Part shown: positions 56,579 to 64,000 of the stretch, piece by piece
Layout of the letters: each line of letters begins with the position of its first letter
Position numbering within the stretch: the stretch's first letter is position 1
Assembly: GCA_964406145.1 (NCBI GenBank)
Contig: CAYOQP010000002.1
Span: forward strand, 13,537 to 77,536
DNA length: 64,000 nt
Source: an uncultured Candidatus Saccharibacteria bacterium
GTDB taxonomy: Bacteria; Patescibacteriota; UBA1384; XYA2-FULL-43-10; 1-14-0-10-43-13
Reading direction: 5' to 3'
The notes under the pieces: generated by a model
Databases searched by the model: none
Seen by the model: the letters and a program-made list of their open reading frames with translations, nothing else
Told to the model about the DNA's origin: nothing
Position numbers and translations under genes: made by a program

Positions 56579-58459
56579 TTAGAGCTCAATAAATCTTGAG
56601 TGATCAAGAGTAGTCAATCTTTTGCAATTTTTTTTATGTATACGAATGATATGTTCTTTGCCTAGGTAGCCGACAACATCACTGTCTTTTGGTGTTGGTT
56701 TGCAACATTTTGCAAAATCATGCCTAATACTTATTAAAGACGGGTGCTGAGCTGAAATTTGTTCTGATGTTTTTCGTTCTTTTTTTCTCTCAAAAAGACT
56801 GAATTTGGGATATAGAGTTTTTAGAAATTTTATCGGTTTTAGGTTTCTTTCAGCAATTGCGGCGAGAGCTCTGTCTAGTCCCTTGTAAGGTAATTTGGAG
56901 CTAGCGACAATTTTTTCGCTTTTATCTTTGTCGATATCAGGTAGGCCAAACTTAGAAATCTGCTCAGAAACAATTTTAAGACCATATTCAGATAGTTTGT
57001 CAACGGTTTTTTCTCTGGCGAATGATTTTATCCTATTGCGGGCGTATGTTGTTACAACAAAGTTGAGCCAGTCTTGGGACGGAGAACTATTTTTTGATGT
57101 TAATATTTCGACTACATCGCGTGACTGAAGTTTGGTCGAAAGCGGCATTATTCTGTTGTTTATCTTTGCGCCTACACACTTATTTCCGATGCTTGAATGT
57201 ATTCTATAAGCAAAGTCAATCGGAGTTGAATTAATGGGCAAATTAATCAAATCTCCTTTTGGTGTAAATACAAATATTTTTTCTGAAAAGAGTTGATTTT
57301 TAAGTTCTTCGAGAAATTGGCTTTTTCTGCGAATATCTTTAAGTTTATCCAAAGCCTCGAACCATTCTTTGGCATTTTTAGCACTAGTCTTCTCATTGTT
57401 TTGATTATTTTTATAATTCCAATGAGCGAGGTGTCCATGTTCGGCTGATTCGTGCATTTCCTTGGTTCTTATTTGAATCTCGAATATTTTATTGTCCTTA
57501 TTCCTTACGGTAGTATGGAGCGATCGATAACTGTTATTTTTTGGTCGTGCAATATAATCATCCATTAATCTCGGTAGTGGTTCATACATTGTATGAACAA
57601 TTCCTAAGACCCTATAGCAATCCTCGACCGAATCAACAATTATTCTTAGTGCAACAATGTCATATATTCCTTTAGCTGAGCCCTTTCTTCTTATTTTTTT
57701 ATAAAGGCTATATTTGTATTTTTCTCGACCGTTAACGCTGTAAAACTTAACCTTCAAGTCTGAAAGTTTTCTTTTTATGTCCGGAATAACATTATTTATG
57801 ACTGCTAACGGATTTTTGTAAATGTTTCTAGTTTCGATTTTGAATTTTAGATATTCTTCTGGGTATGCCCACGGAAAGGCGGCGTCTTCTAATCGGCCCT
57901 TGATTGATCCCATACCCAATCTTTCGGCAATAGCGGCATAAATGTCGATTGTTTCTCGAGCATAGAACTTTTGTTTGTGTTCCGGGATATGCTTAATGGT
58001 TAGAATATTATCCAGACGATCATAAAGTTTAACAGATATGATTTTGGGGTTAGAAGCTGAGGCGACCAGAAGTTTTCTGTAATTATCAACCTGATCGATA
58101 AATGAAAATTGTCCAGAAAAAACTCTGTTTTTATCCTTAATTTTTACTTGAGAGATTTTTGTTACGCCCTCAACGATTTCTGCGATTTCCTCGCCAAAGT
58201 TTTGTGAAATTTCCTCTTTTGATGTAGCGGTGTCTTCGATCGTGTCATGTAGTAATCCTGAAGCAATTGTGATGGCGTCATACTTATCCTGTATTAAATA
58301 GGAGGCAGTGCGAATCAGATGCAAGAGGTACGGCGATCCAGAAAGTCTTTTTTGGCCATTATGTTTCTTTTTGGCAAAAACAAAAGCCTTCTCAATTAGA
58401 GATTGATCTTGTGTTTTTAGCCCAGCAATTTTATCGGCAAGACTTTTGGGTAGAGACAT
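56579..58459 (-). CDS. rel: bifunctional (p)ppGpp synthetase/hydrolase RelA/SpoT
   Basis: HD domain (HLIRTASYL...HDTIED), RelA_SpoT synthetase domain and TGS region. Confidence 0.9.
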   Translation of the reverse strand: MSLPKSLADKIAGLKTQDQSLIEKAFVFAKKKHNGQKRLSGSPYLLHLIRTASYLIQDKYDAITIASGLLHDTIEDTATSKEEISQNFGEEIAEIVEGVTKISQVKIKDKNRVFSGQFSFIDQVDNYRKLLVASASNPKIISVKLYDRLDNILTIKHIPEHKQKFYARETIDIYAAIAERLGMGSIKGRLEDAAFPWAYPEEYLKFKIETRNIYKNPLAVINNVIPDIKRKLSDLKVKFYSVNGREKYKYSLYKKIRRKGSAKGIYDIVALRIIVDSVEDCYRVLGIVHTMYEPLPRLMDDYIARPKNNSYRSLHTTVRNKDNKIFEIQIRTKEMHESAEHGHLAHWNYKNNQNNEKTSAKNAKEWFEALDKLKDIRRKSQFLEELKNQLFSEKIFVFTPKGDLINLPINSTPIDFAYRIHSSIGNKCVGAKINNRIMPLSTKLQSRDVVEILTSKNSSPSQDWLNFVVTTYARNRIKSFAREKTVDKLSEYGLKIVSEQISKFGLPDIDKDKSEKIVASSKLPYKGLDRALAAIAERNLKPIKFLKTLYPKFSLFERKKERKTSEQISAQHPSLISIRHDFAKCCKPTPKDSDVVGYLGKEHIIRIHKKNCKRLTTLDHSRFIEL

Positions 58460-60964
58460 CTATTGCTCCAGGCTTATCTTGTCCTTTTTGATAACGAGTC
58501 TTATGTCGCCCGTGGCTTGTTCTGTTGCTAATATAATATCAGAGAGAATTGTTTCCACATTGTCTGCAATATATTTTCTAACTGGCCTAGCACCATATTC
58601 TTCATTGTAACTTTTTTCAGCAATAAACGTTGCAACTCTGGCTGGTATGCTTAGGTTTATACCCTGATTTTTGAGCCTATTTTTTAGCTCTTCGAGTTGT
58701 AAATCAACAATTTTTCGAACTGATAACTTGTCAAGCGGGTAAAAAACTATAACGCTATCTAGTCTGTTAACAAATTCCGGCCTGAAAGTTTTTTCGACAG
58801 TCTCGATAATGTTGTCGTGCATTTTGATGTATTTGTTCTCTTGAGATTTGGAATTGCCGAAACCGATGGCGCTTTGGCGTCTTAATATATCGGTGCCCAG
58901 ATTTGAAGTCATAATAATAATAGAATTCTTAAAGTCTACTGTTCTGCCCTTGGCATCAGTTAGTGAGCCGTCTTCCATAATTTGTAGTAATATATTAAAA
59001 ATTTCTGGATGGGCTTTCTCAATCTCGTCAAACAAAATTACTGAATATGGATTTTTACGAATTTTTTCAGTCAACTTGCCACCCTCTTCATAACCAATGT
59101 ATCCGGCTGGTGCTCCAATGAGTCTTGCGACGTTGTGTTTTTCTGCAAACTCAGACATATCTATTTTTACTAATGATTCTTCACTGCCAAAAATTTCACG
59201 GGCCAAAACTTTAGTAAGCTCTGTCTTGCCGACTCCTGTCGGACCGAGAAATATGAATGATCCAATTGGTCTTTTGGGATTAGCAATTCCCGTTCTCGAA
59301 CGCTTAATAGCCTTGACTAATTCGTTGATAGCATTGTCTTGGCCAATAATGTGTTTCTTTAATTTTTTATCAAGGTTAAGGTAATTTTTCTTTTCTTTCA
59401 GAGAAAGGGAGGAAACTGGCACACCGGTCCACTCCGAAACAAGATCGGCTATTTCACCAGCTGTAATAACTGGCCAATTTATCTCTGATTCTACAATATG
59501 AGACTGTATTTTTTCTTGAACCTTGATCTCTTTTTCCCGAAGAAGTGTCGCCTCTTCATATTTTTCGTTTACAATTAAATCCTCTTTTTTCTTTAAAATT
59601 TTAGATAACCTCTTTTTTAAGTCTTCGACTGGGTCAGCTTTGGTCCTTTTAGAGCTGTCTGCGGCACCGGCTTCATCTATAAGATCTATGGCCTTATCAG
59701 GTAAAAATCGATCGTGTATATAACGAATAGATAAGTCTGCTGCGGCCTTAATTGCCTCATCGGAGTATCTGACATTGTGAAATTGTTCATAACGGCTTTT
59801 AATACCGGAAAGAATTTTGATTGTTTCTTCGAGTGTTGGCTCGGTTACATAAATAGGCTGGAATCTGCGCTCAAAGGCTGCATCTTTCTCAATATATTTC
59901 TTATATTCATCAAATGTTGTGGAGCCAATAAGGCGAAGCTGGCCTTTAGCAAGCATGGGTTTGAGTAGATTTGCTGCATCAATTGATCCCTCAGTTGATC
60001 CAGCTCCAACCATCATGTGAATTTCATCGACAAACAAAATAACATTGCCTCTTTTCTCAATTTCAGAGAGAATTTTTTTTATTCTACTTTCGAATTGTCC
60101 ACGATACATCGTTCCGGCCAAGATCGAACCAAGATCAAGTGAAAGTATTTCGGTTTGAGATATTTTTGATGGAACATTGCCGCTGTTAATTTTCTGAGCC
60201 AAGCCCTCGACGATAGCTGTTTTACCAACTCCTGGCTCGCCGATTAGGATTGGATTATTTTTTGTTCTTCTGGATAGAGTTTGGATAAGTCTGTTTATTT
60301 CTTTTTCGCGACCGATTACTGGATCCAATTTTTTTTCATGGGCCAATCTTGTCAAGTTAACAGAAAATGAATCAAGTGCTGACTCTTTCTTGGGCGGATT
60401 AATGGGCTGAACAAAAGATTGCATGCCGCCGAATTGGATTGGGTCGTCAAGTCCGTCATCAGCAATTGATGCCTCTGGGCTAATTATTGACGAAATACTC
60501 CCGGTATTTTCTGGTTGACTAAAAGAATTTTTTATTCCCTTAAAGATTGATTCTATTTGAGCTTTAATTTTGTTTGGATCAATCCCAATCCGTTCGATGA
60601 TCATAAAAGAATTGAATGTTTTGTAGGAAATCAAAGCTAGAAGTAAATGCTCTGATCCAACAGTCGAATGGTTAAATTTTGAAGCAGCCTGAACTGCGAG
60701 TTGAATTGCTTTTTTGGCGTCATTTGTCGCCTCTGTGCCTGAAGATTTTGGATGAGCTATGAGAGAAGATATTAATTCTATACGATCAATTTTTATATTA
60801 AAATTTGCTAATATCTCCGCTGCAAGTGTTTCTTTATTCTGCAGAATGGCTAATAGCTGGTGTTCTGTGTCCTGGCCAGATTTTCTCTCCTTGGCTATTT
60901 TATCTGCCTCGATGAGGGTTTTCTTTAGATTGGGAGTAAATTTTTTGAATATATCGCTGTTCAT
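58460..60964 (-). CDS. clpC: ATP-dependent Clp protease ATP-binding subunit ClpC-like
   Basis: Clp_N repeats; two AAA modules ([16 protein letters not shown]); short UVR-like middle segment. Confidence 0.9.
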   Translation of the reverse strand: MNSDIFKKFTPNLKKTLIEADKIAKERKSGQDTEHQLLAILQNKETLAAEILANFNIKIDRIELISSLIAHPKSSGTEATNDAKKAIQLAVQAASKFNHSTVGSEHLLLALISYKTFNSFMIIERIGIDPNKIKAQIESIFKGIKNSFSQPENTGSISSIISPEASIADDGLDDPIQFGGMQSFVQPINPPKKESALDSFSVNLTRLAHEKKLDPVIGREKEINRLIQTLSRRTKNNPILIGEPGVGKTAIVEGLAQKINSGNVPSKISQTEILSLDLGSILAGTMYRGQFESRIKKILSEIEKRGNVILFVDEIHMMVGAGSTEGSIDAANLLKPMLAKGQLRLIGSTTFDEYKKYIEKDAAFERRFQPIYVTEPTLEETIKILSGIKSRYEQFHNVRYSDEAIKAAADLSIRYIHDRFLPDKAIDLIDEAGAADSSKRTKADPVEDLKKRLSKILKKKEDLIVNEKYEEATLLREKEIKVQEKIQSHIVESEINWPVITAGEIADLVSEWTGVPVSSLSLKEKKNYLNLDKKLKKHIIGQDNAINELVKAIKRSRTGIANPKRPIGSFIFLGPTGVGKTELTKVLAREIFGSEESLVKIDMSEFAEKHNVARLIGAPAGYIGYEEGGKLTEKIRKNPYSVILFDEIEKAHPEIFNILLQIMEDGSLTDAKGRTVDFKNSIIIMTSNLGTDILRRQSAIGFGNSKSQENKYIKMHDNIIETVEKTFRPEFVNRLDSVIVFYPLDKLSVRKIVDLQLEELKNRLKNQGINLSIPARVATFIAEKSYNEEYGARPVRKYIADNVETILSDIILATEQATGDIRLVIKKDKISLEQ

Positions 60965-61047
60965 AATATTTGAGTCCCTAAAATTACTAAATTTCTTTAG
61001 CCTCTAAGTAAGTAGAATATTTCGGCTTGAGATTGCGAGTGCAGAGA

Positions 61048-62130
61048 TTATTCTTCGGGAGTTTCTTTGTCTTCTGTATCTTTTTCTTCCAAAAGCTTTA
61101 TATCGATCCCCCACCCTGTTAGTTTAGAAGCTAGACGTACGTTCTGACCATTTTTACCAATAGCCAGCGATAGATTGTCTTTATCGACGTAAACTGTTGC
61201 CTTGCTATCTTTTGACGAGATGCTGATCTGTCTTGTCTTAGCAGGAGAAAGAGCATTCATAATAAACTGTTCAACATCTTCATCCCATAGGACAATGTCG
61301 ATTTTTTCCATCCCGATTTCGTCCAGAACGGCCTGAACTCTAGTGCCGCGTTGTCCGACGCACGACCCGACCGGATCGATTTTCTCTTCTGTGGCGATGA
61401 CAGCTATCTTGGTTCTGGAGCCCGCTTCTCTGGCAATACTCTTGATCTCAACTGTTCCAGCAAGAATTTCTGGTACTTCTACTTCAAATAGACCACGAAT
61501 GAGATTCTCGTCACTTCGAGATACAATAATTTGTGGTCCTTTGGCTGACTGAGAAACCTCTTTGACATAGACTTTCATTCTTTGACCGGTATAATATTTT
61601 TCGCTCTGGATTTGTTCTGATGGATATAAAATTCCGTTTACCTTACCAAGAGCAATAATTACATTGCGTCCCTCAACCTGAGAAACAGTAGCATTGACGA
61701 CTTTGTGTTCCTTGTCTTTGAATTCAGTGAACATCAAATCTCTCTCAGCTTCACGGATTCGCTGAATAATGACCTGCTTGGCGGTTTGAGCGGCAATGCG
61801 ACCAAAATCTTCGTGATGAGGAAGGGCGACAATAACTTCTTTGCCGATTTCGGCTTTTTTGTCGATCTCTTTAGCTTCTTCGAGAGTTAACTCGTGTTCA
61901 TGTTCTTTGATCTCTTCTGGATCAGCAATGACGTCATAAACACGAAACATCTCGGCTTGACCATTTTCTGCATTAAGCTTGGCGCGAATTATTTGTTTTG
62001 GCTTACCATAATCTTTACGATAGGCCGCAGCGAGAGCCGCTTCAACTGTTTCGATAACGATATCAATATTAAGACCTTTTTCTTCGCACAGGTCCTCAAT
62101 TGCTGCCATGAATGGACTTACTCTTTTCAT
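61048..62130 (-). CDS. nusA: transcription termination/antitermination factor NusA
   Basis: N-terminal domain, S1 and KH domains. Confidence 0.9.
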   Translation of the reverse strand: MKRVSPFMAAIEDLCEEKGLNIDIVIETVEAALAAAYRKDYGKPKQIIRAKLNAENGQAEMFRVYDVIADPEEIKEHEHELTLEEAKEIDKKAEIGKEVIVALPHHEDFGRIAAQTAKQVIIQRIREAERDLMFTEFKDKEHKVVNATVSQVEGRNVIIALGKVNGILYPSEQIQSEKYYTGQRMKVYVKEVSQSAKGPQIIVSRSDENLIRGLFEVEVPEILAGTVEIKSIAREAGSRTKIAVIATEEKIDPVGSCVGQRGTRVQAVLDEIGMEKIDIVLWDEDVEQFIMNALSPAKTRQISISSKDSKATVYVDKDNLSLAIGKNGQNVRLASKLTGWGIDIKLLEEKDTEDKETPEE

Positions 62131-62257
62131 TTTTCTCCTTTATCAATACTACAAGCTAATTATATCATAAGTTGCAAGGTTTTCTTAAAGAAAAAGTGGC
62201 CCGAAGGGTCACTCAATCTTTTTTATTTATACCGAAAAAGATTTCCTGAGTCAAGAG

Positions 62258-63286
62258 CTAGATGGCGCAGCTCTCCAGATATGCCTCTGAGGCATCGGCA
62301 ACCTTCCTCATCACTTTAACTGCCTGGACTGGATATTTGCCATTAGTTGTTTCATCTGAAAGCCAGACATAATGAGCTCCGTCAAAAACTGCATGAGCAA
62401 TATCAGAAATCTCAGCTCTCGTTGGATATGGCGACTCCATCATGTTCTTGAGCATCTGTGTTGCCACAACAGCTGGTTTCAGATGCTGGTGACATTTTCT
62501 TAAAATTCTTTTCTGCAAAATTGGTAGCTGTTCATACGGTGTCTCGACTCCGAGGTCACCTCGAGCGATAACAACAACATCTGAAGCTTCAATAATTTCA
62601 TCAAGGTTTTCTAATGCTTCTCTTCTTTCAACTTTGGACATAACTTTTACATCTCGGTCGCCAATTACCTTTTTGATTTTGGCAATATCGCCGGCGTTTC
62701 CAACAAAAGAAAGGGCGACGTAGTCAACACCAACAGAAAGGACAAATTCGAGATCTCTAATGTCCTTCTCTGTGACAGATGAAGTTGTGAGCTTTGTTGT
62801 TGGCAGATTCAATGCTTTTCTTGGATAAATTGTTCCGCCAATAACAACCTTGGCTTTGAATTTGTGGCTATCCTTACCCGTCTCAGTAATAACTAGTTCA
62901 AGCATACCCGATTCGATAAGCAGTGGATCGCCAACTTTAACATCGGCATGGAGATATGGATCCGTAACGATTAATTCATTAATTTTTTTGTCTTCGCATG
63001 GTTCTGTGACGAAAGTAAGTTCGTCGCCTTCTTCAACCCTCAATCCTTCCTTGGGAATATTTTCGCCCAATCGAATGCTTGGTCCGCGAAGATCCGCTTG
63101 AATCTTTACATCCAACCCGTGTTTTTTATTAATCTTTTTGATTGTATTGTATCTGGCCTCGTACTCGTCGTATTTGCAGTGAGCAAAATTACATCTCATG
63201 ACGTTCATGCCAGCCAAAGCCAGCTTCTCGATCATTTCTGGAGAATCAGTGGATGGTCCAATAGTTGCGATGATTTTTGTTTTCAT
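62258..63286 (-). CDS. pyk: pyruvate kinase (A and B domains only; lacks the C-terminal effector domain)
   Basis: MKTKIIATIGPS...NFAHCKYDEY...; only 342 aa; ends shortly after ...MRKVADASEAYL. Confidence 0.85.
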   Translation of the reverse strand: MKTKIIATIGPSTDSPEMIEKLALAGMNVMRCNFAHCKYDEYEARYNTIKKINKKHGLDVKIQADLRGPSIRLGENIPKEGLRVEEGDELTFVTEPCEDKKINELIVTDPYLHADVKVGDPLLIESGMLELVITETGKDSHKFKAKVVIGGTIYPRKALNLPTTKLTTSSVTEKDIRDLEFVLSVGVDYVALSFVGNAGDIAKIKKVIGDRDVKVMSKVERREALENLDEIIEASDVVVIARGDLGVETPYEQLPILQKRILRKCHQHLKPAVVATQMLKNMMESPYPTRAEISDIAHAVFDGAHYVWLSDETTNGKYPVQAVKVMRKVADASEAYLESCAI

Positions 63287-63418
63287 AAAACCTCTTTTAA
63301 TTAAAAAATGCCCTTCTGGCCTTTAGCTACTATAACATCTCGACGATATTTTTTCAACCATGGTTGAAGTGGACAAATGTTTCATATATATTTTTTATAT
63401 CTATCAAAAAGGAGAAGA

Positions 63419-63841
63419 ATGTCAGAAATTACATTGAGAGTAGAATCACAATATTGGGATGGTGTGATTGAGTTCAATATGAATAAAGACCTATATAATA
63501 AAGAGTTAGTTGAAAATCCTCTTTTCCTCGCCTCTCTTTTGGCAAGCCATATAAACGGAGAACTTGTTAGGAGTGCACGTTCTCTTTTTACTGTAACTAG
63601 AGACGATATCTGTAAAGATATGTCTTTACCTCAAGACCAAAGGAAATACAGAATTACGATACGCCAGGAAATTCCTCGCGAAGAAGTAGTCTCGAAACCC
63701 AGTCGGGAAAATATTGTTACTACCGAGTCTACTCGTCCAACACGCAAAACTTTTGTGCCAGAGCCAGGACCAAGAGGTGAATTGGGCTATGTCGTTCAAG
63801 TTGATGAAGAAATACCACCCGAAGGACAAAAGCTGTCTTGA
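63419..63841 (+). CDS. hypothetical protein
   Basis: AAAGGAG RBS before ATG 63419. Confidence 0.45.
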   Translation: MSEITLRVESQYWDGVIEFNMNKDLYNKELVENPLFLASLLASHINGELVRSARSLFTVTRDDICKDMSLPQDQRKYRITIRQEIPREEVVSKPSRENIVTTESTRPTRKTFVPEPGPRGELGYVVQVDEEIPPEGQKLS

Positions 63842-63928
63842 TTAGATCGTGAAAAATGTTAACCAAGTGTTGACATTTTTTCTTTGTGGCAAGATATTGT
63901 AATAAGTATTCTGCATAAGGAGCATAAA

Positions 63929-64000
63929 ATGACCGACCAGCCTCAACCCCAAGGGTCTGGGACCCTTTTCGCCGAACAAGATGGCGAGCTTGTCGCTAAG
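63929..64000 (+). CDS. 5' end of an ORF (partial, runs off the window)
   Basis: AAGGAG RBS followed by ATG. Confidence 0.3.
   Translation, partial: MTDQPQPQGSGTLFAEQDGELVAK

Noticed and set aside
1-64000. CRISPR arrays, rRNA genes, tRNA genes, integrases/transposases.
   Set aside because: No regularly spaced direct repeats. No rRNA-like conserved stretches. No GGTTCGA(A/G)TCC T-loop motifs in tRNA-sized contexts. No recombinase motifs among the ORFs.

Overview
The window looks like a low-GC (about 40%) Patescibacteria/CPR-like chromosome segment dominated by housekeeping genes, plus a roughly 18 kb accessory block. Plus-strand housekeeping genes: prfB, ybaB-like, pth, rplA-rplJ-rplL, tgt. 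Minus-strand housekeeping genes: secDF, rluD, rmuC, a UvrD-like helicase-nuclease, pit, trxA, nrdR, ftsZ-ftsA, dgkA-ybeY-pgpH-yqeY-rpsU, eno, trxB, gdh, lexA, rlmD, hisS, rel, clpC, nusA, pyk. The accessory block (about 7150-25300) lies between tgt and secDF. It has a roughly 60% GC sub-island (7156-11650) encoding a vWA-like lipoprotein, a coiled-coil polytopic membrane protein, a Pro/Ala-repeat membrane protein and a hypothetical protein. This is followed by a medium-GC cluster encoding a 1567-aa acidic giant protein, a 318-aa acidic protein, two paralogous membrane-anchored FtsK/HerA-superfamily (VirD4/TraG/VirB4-like) P-loop ATPases, and a sigma-70 region-4 HTH protein. I consider this cluster a candidate uncharacterised secretion or transfer-like system. 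Other notable items are a YhbQ-type GIY-YIG mini-gene bracketed precisely by an inverted repeat that belongs to a recurrent CCCCTCACCCTT...AAGGGTGAGGGG palindrome family, and two perfect-consensus sigma70 promoters in tandem in front of repeated noncoding units. There are also two GC-rich ORF-free patches (about 37230-37800 and 52230-52780) that look like structured-RNA candidates of unassigned family. No CRISPR array, rRNA or convincing tRNA was seen. All calls rest on by-eye motif recognition of the supplied translations and sequence; no searches were run.
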